A DNA stretch of 52,514 nt. It comes from Patescibacteria group bacterium (GTDB lineage Bacteria > Patescibacteriota > Patescibacteriia > GWA2-46-9). Under the pieces are notes generated by a model. It saw only the letters and a list, made by a program, of their open reading frames with translations, made no database searches and was not told the origin of the DNA. Below are positions 22,679-31,517 of this stretch, one piece after another. The number at the start of each line of letters is the position of its first letter. The stretch's first letter is position 1. A program made the position numbers and the translations under genes. The stretch lies in NCBI GenBank assembly GCA_041675205.1, contig JBAYUF010000002.1, forward strand, positions 134,568 through 187,081, given 5' to 3'.

Positions 22679-22910
22679 GAAAATCACCTCCGTCCAATTA
22701 TGCGTAACAGTGATGCGTTCGCTTTCGCGTAGTACATGTGTTGCGCTAAAATTTTTTTGTAACGCGATTGTGCGTTTCAAAAACTGTAATCATTATATAC
22801 TAAAAAAATATCGTCAACAATATTTTTTGCAACAAAATAACATTCGCCGTAGCGAATGTTATTTTGTTTCGTAGCAATCTATTGCAGTGACGAGTGAAGC
22901 AGAATTTTTT

Positions 22911-22986
22911 TGGTGGACCCGAGGGGATTCGAACCCCTGACCTCTCGGATGCAAACCGAGCGCTCTACCAACTGAGCTACGAGCCC
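22911..22986 (-). tRNA. tRNA-Ala(TGC)
   Basis: GGGCTCG/CGGGTCC acceptor with G3.U70, anticodon TGC, encoded CCA. Confidence 0.97.
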
Positions 22987-22998
22987 GTGAAAAAGATG

Positions 22999-23256
22999 TT
23001 ACGGTAAAGTTGTGAATCCTGCAAAAAGACCACCAAACAGGCCTAAAAGTACATTTCCAATAAGTCCGGTTACCATAAGTAAACCGATTATGATTGCCGC
23101 GACACCAACCAACTTATAGCCAAGGCGCGATCCACCGTAGAAACGTAACCACTGTTCAGCCCAACCCATTGAGCCGGCAAAGGTTAGAATTTTTTCTGTG
23201 TAGACAACAATGAGCGCGCCGATTGTTGTAATGATGAGGCCCCAGATGATTTGCAT
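22999..23256 (-). CDS. Small hypothetical membrane protein
   Basis: 85 aa with hydrophobic Gly-rich helices. Confidence 0.7.
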   Translation of the reverse strand: MQIIWGLIITTIGALIVVYTEKILTFAGSMGWAEQWLRFYGGSRLGYKLVGVAAIIIGLLMVTGLIGNVLLGLFGGLFAGFTTLP

Positions 23257-23295
23257 AGGCTGTGGATAACTTCTTATTTTTTTACGTACAACGTC

Positions 23296-23595
23296 TTACG
23301 GTAACGGTTTGTTCACTAATGTGTGTAGTAAACTTTTTGCGTCGTCGTTTACACTTTTATTTTTTTTTATCACATTGCACACCGTACATTGATGATAGAC
23401 AATAAACGTATCGTGCTCGTAGCGTGTTGCGATAGGACGCATCATACCATGACACGTTGCTGCTCGGTCACCTGGGTCAATGTCCACATGTTTTGACCAG
23501 AGACATTTTGGGCAGTGATTCGTATATCCGTCACCCACTACATTTTGAGCGCAGTGTTCGCAGATGAAGTCCTCTTTCTTCCTCGTGAATGTCAC
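23296..23595 (-). CDS. RNHCP-domain Zn-binding protein
   Basis: F.CEHC..TNHCPKCLWSKHVD..PGDRAATCHGMM pattern. Confidence 0.9.
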   Translation of the reverse strand: MTFTRKKEDFICEHCAQNVVGDGYTNHCPKCLWSKHVDIDPGDRAATCHGMMRPIATRYEHDTFIVYHQCTVCNVIKKNKSVNDDAKSLLHTLVNKPLP

Positions 23596-23673
23596 GTGCC
23601 AATTCTACAGGTTTTTGGCTATTTGTGAAGCCGTGCTTGCCCAAGCCGTGTTGCACAGGTACGCTTAGCTACT

Positions 23674-24339
23674 ATGCAAACAAAGGCCATAATTTTTGAT
23701 TTAGAGGGGGTTATTGCCGACACCAATCACATTTGGGATGAGGCGGACCGCGCTTTCCTCAGTCAGCGCGGTCTCAATTGGAGTGATATGTCATGGGTTG
23801 AGGCAAAGGCATCTTTGAATGGGATGTCATTACGAGACGGTGCTTCCTATGTTAAGGATTATTTTAATTTGCCAGATGCTGTTGACGAGCTTATAGATGA
23901 ACGATTTCAAATAGTGCAGCAGCTATTTCAAAAAACGATCACTTTCGTGCCGGGCTTTCAAGAACTTTGGCGATTGCTCCCAGATAGTAAATACAGAATG
24001 GCAGTTGCTACGGCGCTTCATCCCGAATTATTGACCATTGTTCAGGAGCGACTTGCGTTACCTACATATTTCAATACTCACATCTACTCGGTAAGCGAAG
24101 TTGGATGGAAATCAAAGCCAGACCCAGCTGTTTTTTTGTTTGCGGCAGAAAAGCTTGGAGTAGTGCCTAGTCAGTGTGTTGTTATTGAAGATTCTCCTAA
24201 GGGTATTATGGGAGCTCGGGCAGCAGGAATGAAATCCATAGGGTTCTCGGGAACTTTTGAAAAGCAGCACCTTAGTGCCGCTGACGTTGTTATTGATGAC
24301 TTACTTGATGTGGCTACGTATATTGGCAAAGAAATATGA
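23674..24339 (+). CDS. HAD-family hydrolase (beta-PGM-like)
   Basis: IFDLEGVIADT, KPDPAVF, VIEDSPKGI. Motif I reads DxE instead of DxD. Confidence 0.85.
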   Translation: MQTKAIIFDLEGVIADTNHIWDEADRAFLSQRGLNWSDMSWVEAKASLNGMSLRDGASYVKDYFNLPDAVDELIDERFQIVQQLFQKTITFVPGFQELWRLLPDSKYRMAVATALHPELLTIVQERLALPTYFNTHIYSVSEVGWKSKPDPAVFLFAAEKLGVVPSQCVVIEDSPKGIMGARAAGMKSIGFSGTFEKQHLSAADVVIDDLLDVATYIGKEI

Positions 24340-24902
24340 GTAGTGAAAAATTTGTATCGCGAGGTGGTGAAAAGTTGGCTCACGCCCTCGATACTTTTGC
24401 CGTGAATGTAACTGGTGCGATATGTGCCGACTTAGGCTGCTCAACGGGTGGCTTTACCGATTGCTTATTGCAGCGTGGTGCCAAGAAAGTGTACGCGATT
24501 GATACGGCCTACGGTGTGTTGGATTGGAAATTGCGAAATGACGCACGTGTGGTTGTTATGGAAAGAACCAATGCGCTCTACGCTGAGCTACCAGAACTTG
24601 TTGATGTGGTGACAATTGATGCTGGGTGGACGAGACAGCAGAAAATTATTCCGAAAGCACTCACGTTTATAAAACCAGGTGGTGTCGTGGTGACATTAGT
24701 TAAACCGCACTATGAAGCACTGCCGGGTCAGTTAGTTGCTGGGCGAGTGCCAGATGAACTCGTGTCGCAAGTGCTGGCAAAAGTGAAAAGCGATCTAGCC
24801 GCACTTGGCCTCCATGTAAAATCAGAGACTGAGTCGCCGATTGTGGGAGAAAAAGGTAGAAATCGAGAATTTCTATTCTTTATTTCTCCGGCGGGTAATT
24901 AA
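24336..24902 (+). CDS. tlyA: TlyA-family RNA methyltransferase lacking the N-terminal S4 domain
   Basis: FVSRGGEKL, DLGCSTGGFTDCLLQRGA, LVKPHYE, GNREF; ATGA overlap with the upstream gene. Confidence 0.85.
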   Translation: MSSEKFVSRGGEKLAHALDTFAVNVTGAICADLGCSTGGFTDCLLQRGAKKVYAIDTAYGVLDWKLRNDARVVVMERTNALYAELPELVDVVTIDAGWTRQQKIIPKALTFIKPGGVVVTLVKPHYEALPGQLVAGRVPDELVSQVLAKVKSDLAALGLHVKSETESPIVGEKGRNREFLFFISPAGN

Positions 24903-25082
24903 TTTCCAAAATCTTCGAGGGAGTCCGGATTGGGGAGTCACTTGTTCTGGCTGACTTTCTGGTACTGGTTTAGTTGAAGGATGCTGTGGTGCGTGCCTTT
25001 CTCGCCACGCGTCCGCTTCGCACACTGCATAGGATTTAAAATTTTCGTGTTCTGAACAGAGTTCAATTGATTCGTGGGGCAA
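24873..25082 (-). CDS. Short hypothetical protein
   Basis: 69-aa ORF filling an otherwise empty gap; no recognised motif. Confidence 0.4.
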   Translation of the reverse strand: MPHESIELCSEHENFKSYAVCEADAWRERHAPQHPSTKPVPESQPEQVTPQSGLPRRFWKLITRRRNKE

Positions 25083-25124
25083 AAGATGGGGGCTGCGCTC
25101 TGGTATAGGTATGGCTATCAGAAG

Positions 25125-25562
25125 TTACGCTGATGCTTGTTTTGATGTAAGTCGGGCATAAAGGTATCCACCCGCAACTCCCGCATAAAATCCCAATGGC
25201 CCAGTAATAATAATACCAAGTAGCGGTCCTTGGTCTGCTTCCGGCGCAAAAAGAATTGGACCAACAAAACCAGCAATGAAGCTAATAAAGCCAAGAATAC
25301 ATCCACTGATTATTGCAATCTTCATGCGTCGCCGACTTTCTGCTGTCTGAATCTTGAGGTAAATCCACCAACAAAGAAAAGTATTTCCTACAGCAGGCAA
25401 GAGTTGAATGAACCATGAAAATATATTAAATCCGTCTTTCAGTTCTACAAATAAAGCAAACAAGTTATTTAATGCATCAAGACTGAAAAGAATTGCCAAT
25501 ACGAGGGCAACTTTTCGATGAGTTTTATAAGTAGTAGGAGTGATGGTTTTTGTATCTTCCAT
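25125..25562 (-). CDS. Hypothetical membrane protein (AT-rich)
   Basis: About 4 TM helices and a QGPLLGIIITGPLG motif; ATG 25562 preferred. Confidence 0.7.
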   Translation of the reverse strand: MEDTKTITPTTYKTHRKVALVLAILFSLDALNNLFALFVELKDGFNIFSWFIQLLPAVGNTFLCWWIYLKIQTAESRRRMKIAIISGCILGFISFIAGFVGPILFAPEADQGPLLGIIITGPLGFYAGVAGGYLYARLTSKQASA

Positions 25563-25636
25563 ACATAATAAAATGAAAGCTAGCTTTAAACACCAAGGTG
25601 GCATTTGAAACGGGACGACCACATTGTATTGTTCAT

Positions 25637-25710
25637 TGGGCAATGTAGGATTCGAACCTACGACCTTCTCGGTGTAAACGAGACGCTCTAACCAACTGAG
25701 CTAATTGCCC
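25637..25710 (-). tRNA. tRNA-Val(TAC), CCA not encoded
   Basis: GGGCAAT/ATTGCCC acceptor, anticodon loop TTTACAC, GGTTCGAATCC. Confidence 0.96.
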
Positions 25711-25799
25711 ACAAAAAGATTTAATTTTGCTTCGTTACCTAAGTTTAGCAGACCTCATAATAATTGCGATTGCATCGCAATTACTGAAAATGACGGACG

Positions 25800-26021
25800 G
25801 TGTCCCGTGAAACGGGACGGCCTTCTCGGTGTAAACGAGACGCTCCCAACCCGCCACAATGTGAAACTTTGGGCGGGTAACCTCCGCCAGAGGCGGATCC
25901 GCCGTTGGCGGAAACTGCCTGTCCGCCATAGCTCCGACGATACTGCCGGAGCGAAGGAGGAAGTTCCGACGATGCTAGGCATGTCGGAACCCCGACCTGA
26001 AAGCGTCGGGGCTAATTGCCC
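25800..26021 (-). pseudogene. Partial tRNA-Val(TAC) duplicate with a stack of palindromic modules in place of the D-arm
   Basis: GGGCAATTAGC at 26021-26011; a 25-nt exact copy of the anticodon-arm region (25821-25845 = 25664-25688); no 3' acceptor strand. Confidence 0.8.
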
Positions 26022-26114
26022 ACAATAAGGTTTTAATCCGGCTCCCTACGAGGTTTCTGTATACTTGCTTTTCTTGCTCCTGTCCAGGTAGGGGACTTCT
26101 GGTATACTAAGGGA

Positions 26115-27002
26115 ATGAATTGGCTGCTTGTGGCACTAGCCGGACATTTTGCGAATGCTTTAGCGTTCGTTGTTGATAAAATATTACTGTCTGGACGTAT
26201 GCAACGCCCAGGTGTTTATGTCTTTTTTATTGGCACACTTGGTCTCTTGGGTTTTGTGCTCTTGCCTTTTGGTGAGCTAACGATCTTGCCCGTGTCTGTT
26301 CTTGTTACGGCATTCATAGCTGGCGCTTCTTTCATGGCGGCACTGTTGGCATTTTTTAATGCTCTGCAGCAAGGGGAGACCACTCGAGTCGTGCCGGCGG
26401 TTGGTGCACTTGTTCCTCTTTGGACAATACTTTTTGCTGCCGTTACGCTTGGCGAAACGGTGTCATCCGGTCAGTTGTCAGGGATAGCCCTCTTAATTAT
26501 CGGTGCGGTGGTTATATCGTATGAACGGGGACAAGCGAAGCGTCTTGGTTATAGAGAAGCGTATCTTACAGTCCTTGCTGCTGGCTTGTTTGCCCTTTCG
26601 TACACATTAACGAAAGTCGTTTTTAACCAAACCACGTTCATTGATGGTTTCCTTTGGATGCGACTGGCGGCCTTTAGTACTGTTGTCCCGCTCCTCATGG
26701 TGCCGGGTATTCGCCAGGCCATTTTTGCCCGTGGGGGCACTCGTCCATCGGCATTATTTTATGTTGGACAAGCGTTTGGTGCGCTTGGGTTTGTATTATT
26801 AAATTTTGCCGTTGCCTTGGCACCCCAGGTTTCGGTCGTGAATGCTTTGCAGGGCGTACAGTACGCCTTCCTTTTCATTCTGGCTGTATTTGTAAATCGT
26901 TTCTTTCCTGGCGCCATTCATGAAAGGATTACTCGAACGATAGTTTTGCAAAAAGTGTTTGCTTTGTTTGTCTTAAGTTTTGGCCTCTATCTTGTCGCTT
27001 GA
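26115..27002 (+). CDS. EamA/DMT family transporter
   Basis: About 10 TM helices in two repeats; GETTRVVP, GETVS..QLSGIAL. Confidence 0.85.
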   Translation: MNWLLVALAGHFANALAFVVDKILLSGRMQRPGVYVFFIGTLGLLGFVLLPFGELTILPVSVLVTAFIAGASFMAALLAFFNALQQGETTRVVPAVGALVPLWTILFAAVTLGETVSSGQLSGIALLIIGAVVISYERGQAKRLGYREAYLTVLAAGLFALSYTLTKVVFNQTTFIDGFLWMRLAAFSTVVPLLMVPGIRQAIFARGGTRPSALFYVGQAFGALGFVLLNFAVALAPQVSVVNALQGVQYAFLFILAVFVNRFFPGAIHERITRTIVLQKVFALFVLSFGLYLVA

Positions 27003-27003
27003 G

Positions 27004-28008
27004 ATGCGCGTAGGTATTCGTCGGTCATCTATACGTTGGGTAGCGCTGGCTATTTGCGCGGCCCTTATTGTTTGGCTAGCCTATCTTGCTCGGCCAGTAG
27101 CAGAGCAAGAGCAGCGCCTGGGTGTGACTTTTTCAACCAAGCAGGCGCTGGCATTACATCTTGATCCAAAGGTGGTGCTCGGAAGCGTTCTTGATGAACT
27201 CGGCGTTCGCCAGTTGCGTATCGTTGCGTACTGGGATGATATAGAACCAACGCAAAACACGTTTACTTTTTCAGAACTTGATTGGCAACTCGACGCAGCA
27301 GCGGCGCATAACGCTGAAGTTATTGTTGCGGTTGGTCGTAAGGTGCCGCGTTGGCCTGAGTGTTTCGTGCCGGCTTGGCTCCATACGTTATCAAATAGCG
27401 AACAAGACGCAGCATTGGAAGACCTATTGGTAGCCATTGTCAGTCGTTATGACAGTCGACCAGAAATAGTGATGTGGCAGTTAGAGAATGAGCCGTTCGT
27501 AAGCTGGTTTGGTTATTGCCCAGCACCACTCCGCGAACGGCTTGATCGTGAACTGACCATAATGAGGGAACGTACAGAGAAACCAGTGCTTATTACCGAT
27601 TCAGGAGAACTGTCACTTTGGTCGCATGCTGCGACGTTTGCCGATACCTTTGGTACCACAATCTACCGAACTACCTGGAATAAGTACATTGGCTATTGGA
27701 CCTATCCATTTCCGGCAGGACTGTATCGGGCGAAGGCTCGTCTTTGGGGACTAGACCCTGCGCACGTTCTCATTGCAGAGCTTCAAGCAGAACCTTGGCC
27801 GCCAGGTGTCTCCCTCGTTGAGGCGACCATTGAGGAGCAGTTGCGTTCCATGGACATAGATCGATTGAATAACCAAATAGCGTTTGCTAAGAAAACTGGG
27901 TTTGGTGACGCCTATCTTTGGGGCGTAGAGTGGTGGTATTGGATGCGTGAGCAAGGTCACCCAGAATTTTGGGAGCGTGGCAAAGAATTATTTCCAAGCG
28001 ATAAATAA
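27004..28008 (+). CDS. Membrane-anchored glycoside-hydrolase-like TIM barrel (beta-galactosidase/GH-A clan-like)
   Basis: N-terminal TM helix; YWDDIEP, WQLENEP (acid/base), ELQAEPW (nucleophile region), LWGVEWW. Confidence 0.7.
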   Translation: MRVGIRRSSIRWVALAICAALIVWLAYLARPVAEQEQRLGVTFSTKQALALHLDPKVVLGSVLDELGVRQLRIVAYWDDIEPTQNTFTFSELDWQLDAAAAHNAEVIVAVGRKVPRWPECFVPAWLHTLSNSEQDAALEDLLVAIVSRYDSRPEIVMWQLENEPFVSWFGYCPAPLRERLDRELTIMRERTEKPVLITDSGELSLWSHAATFADTFGTTIYRTTWNKYIGYWTYPFPAGLYRAKARLWGLDPAHVLIAELQAEPWPPGVSLVEATIEEQLRSMDIDRLNNQIAFAKKTGFGDAYLWGVEWWYWMREQGHPEFWERGKELFPSDK

Positions 28009-28068
28009 ACGCTGGTTACAATGGCAGTACGGCTTTATGGCTAACGGTTTTACGGCTATACTAACCAC

Positions 28069-28533
28069 ATGATATATATTGGCGCTGATCATCGTGGCTT
28101 TGGCCTTAAAGAGTCATTAAAACGGTTTTTGACGAAGAATAGGATTCCGTTTGAGGACTTCGGAGCGGCAAAACTTGACCCCAGTGATGACTTTATTGAT
28201 TATGCTTTGCCGGTTGCCAAAGCCGTTGCCACTGACCCCGTCATGCATCGCGGTATTTTAATGTGCGGCAGTGGTGTTGGCATGGATATTGCTGCTAACA
28301 AGGTGCGTGGTGTGCGAGCAGCATTGGTTCGGTCAGTGCATCAAGCCATTGGTTCAAGAAAAGACGATGATGCCAATGTACTGGTGTTTGATGCTGACGA
28401 GACCAGCGGGGCTGATGCCGCCGATATCGTTCAGGTTTGGCTGTCCACACCATTTAGTAACGAGCCACGGTATCGTAATCGCCTTGATAAGCTGGCAGCA
28501 CTCGAGCAAGAGATGTTTTCTCCAAACAAATAA
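28069..28533 (+). CDS. rpiB: Ribose-5-phosphate isomerase B
   Basis: GADHRG, CGSGVG..IAANKVRGVRAA, DANVL. Confidence 0.95.
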   Translation: MIYIGADHRGFGLKESLKRFLTKNRIPFEDFGAAKLDPSDDFIDYALPVAKAVATDPVMHRGILMCGSGVGMDIAANKVRGVRAALVRSVHQAIGSRKDDDANVLVFDADETSGADAADIVQVWLSTPFSNEPRYRNRLDKLAALEQEMFSPNK

Positions 28534-28536
28534 AGT

Positions 28537-29163
28537 ATGGTTATCATTCCAAGTATTCTTACCGATTCTTCGCAAGAACTTATCTCGCGGGTGCAGTCGG
28601 TGGCTGGCTTGGGTTTGACGGTGCAGGTAGACTTTATGGACGGGCAATTTGTGCCGACCAAATCGGTGTCGCCCGATGACCTGCCTGAATTACTTCGAGA
28701 TGTTGAATGGGAGGCGCACTTAATGGTGCGCGATCCGCTTAGCTGGAGCCCGCCACTGTATCGACTTGGCGTTAGCCGTGTGTATTGGCATGTTGAGGCG
28801 CTCGACGGTGTGTTGCGTCTTCCGAGGCCATCGAGCCGCATTGAGCATGGGCTTGCGTTGCGGCTAGAAACGCCAGTCACGGCCATAGAATCGTACGTAC
28901 CCAGTTTGACCTCACTATTACTCCTCAGCATAGAAAAGCCAGGGTATCAGGGCGAAGTATTTTCTGAAGCAGTCTATGAAAAAATTAGGACAGTGAAAGC
29001 ACGCTACCCCCAATTAAAGTTGACCATTGATGGCGGGGTAAAAATTGAACATATGAAGCCGTTGTCAAAGCTGGGTGTTGATCGGGTTGCCGTGGGGAGT
29101 ACGTTTTGGAAATTTGGGGACCCAAAGACGGTACTCGCCGCGTTTCGGCAAGCGACACTCTAA
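28537..29163 (+). CDS. rpe: Ribulose-phosphate 3-epimerase (divergent)
   Basis: IIPSIL, VDFMDGQFVP, EAHLMV, PGYQG, IDGGV, VAVGS. Confidence 0.9.
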   Translation: MVIIPSILTDSSQELISRVQSVAGLGLTVQVDFMDGQFVPTKSVSPDDLPELLRDVEWEAHLMVRDPLSWSPPLYRLGVSRVYWHVEALDGVLRLPRPSSRIEHGLALRLETPVTAIESYVPSLTSLLLLSIEKPGYQGEVFSEAVYEKIRTVKARYPQLKLTIDGGVKIEHMKPLSKLGVDRVAVGSTFWKFGDPKTVLAAFRQATL

Positions 29164-29227
29164 TGGCATACGCCATACGCTATATGCTGTACGGTTTACG
29201 AATGAAAACTCGGATTGAGAAGTTTTG

Positions 29228-30097
29228 ATGAATCCGATGACACACATATCCGATAAAAAAATAAAAGCACTTGAACAAACGGCGAATAAAATTCGCCAGT
29301 CTATTATTGAAATGCTCGTGGCGGCTGGCTCTGGACATACGGCTGGTCCGCTTGGTATGGCCGATGTTTTTACCGCTCTTTACTTTGCTGTTCTCAAACA
29401 CAATCCTAAAAAATCACTCTGGCCAGAGCGCGATTACTGCGTGCTTTCAAATGGGCATATTTGTCCGGTGCAATACGCTACGTTAGCGCATGCTGGTTAT
29501 TTCCCTGTGCGTGAATTAATGACGTTACGAAAACTAGGCTCTCGGCTGCAGGGGCATCCGCATCGAGGTTCTCTACCCGGTATTGAAACGACGTCTGGCC
29601 CGCTTGGGTCAGGACTCAGTCAAGCGCTTGGCATAGCTATCGGTCTTAAGATGGATGCACGCAAGAACCAAGTTTACTGTCTGTTGTCTGATGGCGAGCA
29701 CGACGCTGGCAACACGTGGGAGGCGGTGTTGTTGGCTGGTAAGCTCCGACTCGATAACGTAACGGCGATTATTGACCGCAACAATATTCAGATTGACGGC
29801 ATGACCGAAGACATCATGCCACTTGAATCATTGAAAGAAAAATACGAAGCATTTCGTTGGCACGTCATTGAAGTAAATGGTCACAATATGACAGAAATTA
29901 TCAATGCCTGTGAAACAGCTCGGTCAATCTACGAAAAACCAGTTGTTATTATTGCCCATACTATCCCAGGAAAAGGCATAGAGGAGATTGAATTTGATTA
30001 TCGATGGCATGGTAAGGCTCCAGCAGGTGTGGAGGCAAAGGAATTTTTGCACGAGCTTAGAACGTTGGGCGGGAAAATAAAAAGTGAACACGAGTAA
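29228..30097 (+). CDS. tkt: Transketolase, N-terminal subunit
   Basis: SGH.AG, LSNGH, LQGHP, GPLGSGLS, SDGEHDAG.TWEA, DRNNIQIDG. Confidence 0.95.
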   Translation: MNPMTHISDKKIKALEQTANKIRQSIIEMLVAAGSGHTAGPLGMADVFTALYFAVLKHNPKKSLWPERDYCVLSNGHICPVQYATLAHAGYFPVRELMTLRKLGSRLQGHPHRGSLPGIETTSGPLGSGLSQALGIAIGLKMDARKNQVYCLLSDGEHDAGNTWEAVLLAGKLRLDNVTAIIDRNNIQIDGMTEDIMPLESLKEKYEAFRWHVIEVNGHNMTEIINACETARSIYEKPVVIIAHTIPGKGIEEIEFDYRWHGKAPAGVEAKEFLHELRTLGGKIKSEHE

Positions 30098-30098
30098 T

Positions 30099-30449
30099 AT
30101 GAAAACATATAGGAACCTTATAATAAGGTCAGTACTGAGTCTGCTATTATTTTATGCCCTTTTTCATTCGCTGTTGCTTGTCGCAATGCAATTTGCTGCA
30201 GTGTTGGAATTCTTCTTGACGATGGATGTTGAAGTCGCCTGGCTTATCTCATTTAGTTTAATTGGTCTATTTTGTGCTGGCATTTTGCGTCCTTTTATTT
30301 TGTCGCCCATTTTTTTGGCTCTCGGTGTAGAGTTAGCCGATTTTTCGTATAAATCAAAATTCAAAGAAGGCTTAGGTTACGCTGTCTTAATCGTTCCATT
30401 ATTTTGGTATCTATCCTATGACGCAACTCAGTTTCTCAGGTTCTCGTAA
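30099..30449 (+). CDS. AT-rich hypothetical membrane protein inserted between the transketolase halves
   Basis: 116 aa hydrophobic ORF flanked by an imperfect 17-nt direct repeat. Confidence 0.7.
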   Translation: MKTYRNLIIRSVLSLLLFYALFHSLLLVAMQFAAVLEFFLTMDVEVAWLISFSLIGLFCAGILRPFILSPIFLALGVELADFSYKSKFKEGLGYAVLIVPLFWYLSYDATQFLRFS

Positions 30450-30487
30450 ATTTACACTTTAAGTTCCTAAAGTGAGCACGAATAAAC

Positions 30488-31495
30488 ATGGGAGTTTCTA
30501 AAAAAAGCAATTTACTGGACAAAATATTTGAGGTTAAAGACGTGGTGCAGAAAGCTACGAGGGAAGGCTATGGCCAAGGTCTTCTTGAAGCAGGCAGAAA
30601 AGACGAGCGTATTGTAGCTTTGTGCGCAGATCTGACCGAGTCAACGCAGACCATACATTTTGCTGAAGCCTTTCCTAACCGGTTTATTGAGATTGGTGTT
30701 GCTGAACAAAATTTGGCAGCTGTGGCGGCAGGGCTCGCGAACTACGGTAAAATTCCATTCATTTCAAGTTATGCGACGTTTAGTCCCGGACGAAATTGGG
30801 AGCAAATTAGAACCACCATTTGTTACAATAATGTGCCGGTTAAAATTGTTGGTTCCCATGCCGGTGTTTCCGTTGGTCCTGACGGTGCTACGCATCAGGC
30901 GTTGGAAGATATCGCCATTATGCGAGCATTGCCCAACATGACGGTACTGTACCCGTGCGACGCCAATGAAGCGCAGAAAGCCACACTGGCTGCTGCTAAG
31001 ACAAAGCATCCCGTTTACCTCCGTCTTGCTCGTGAAAAAACAGCCGTGTTTACTACCAAGCAAACACCGTTTGTTATTGGTAAAGCCGAAGTTTTTTTTG
31101 AGAGCAAAGGAAAGCCTGATGTTGTGCTTCTTGCTTCAGGGCCGCTCGTGTACGAAACAATTATGGCCGCGCATGCCCTTGAAAAAATAGGTCGCAGCGT
31201 TCGGGTAATTAATCTTCACACAATAAAACCAATTGATGAGCGCACCCTCATTAAGGCAGCACGGGACGCCGGTGCCATTGTTACTGTTGAAGAACATCAG
31301 ATTGCCGGCGGCATGGGGTCTGCCGTAGCCGAGATTCTAGCACAACATAACCCAGTCCCCATTGAGTTTGTCGGTATTAAGAATCATTTCGGAGAGTCTG
31401 GGACGCCAGAGCAGCTTTTGAAAAAATTTGGCTTGACCGAAGCGGGCATTGTGCGTGCAGCAAAACAGGCTATAGCGCGAAAGCGGTCGTCATAG
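30488..31495 (+). CDS. tkt: Transketolase, C-terminal subunit
   Basis: ADLTES, GVAEQN, GPDGATHQALEDIA, YLRLAR, VTVEEH..GGMGSAVAE. Confidence 0.95.
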   Translation: MGVSKKSNLLDKIFEVKDVVQKATREGYGQGLLEAGRKDERIVALCADLTESTQTIHFAEAFPNRFIEIGVAEQNLAAVAAGLANYGKIPFISSYATFSPGRNWEQIRTTICYNNVPVKIVGSHAGVSVGPDGATHQALEDIAIMRALPNMTVLYPCDANEAQKATLAAAKTKHPVYLRLAREKTAVFTTKQTPFVIGKAEVFFESKGKPDVVLLASGPLVYETIMAAHALEKIGRSVRVINLHTIKPIDERTLIKAARDAGAIVTVEEHQIAGGMGSAVAEILAQHNPVPIEFVGIKNHFGESGTPEQLLKKFGLTEAGIVRAAKQAIARKRSS

Positions 31496-31517
31496 TGAGC
31501 TGTGCTACCATATATCT

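Noticed and set aside
22829-22870. tRNA-tail array behind tRNA-Ala
   Set aside because: Only one long palindrome (caacaaaataacattcgc/gcgaatgttattttgttt) is present, with no shared modules or CCA mimic; probably a terminator.
25705-26028. ORFs overlapping repeat regions (also 45181..45465, 46600..46947, 46671..46901, 51193..51842)
   Set aside because: They are translations of tRNA and palindromic repeat sequence.
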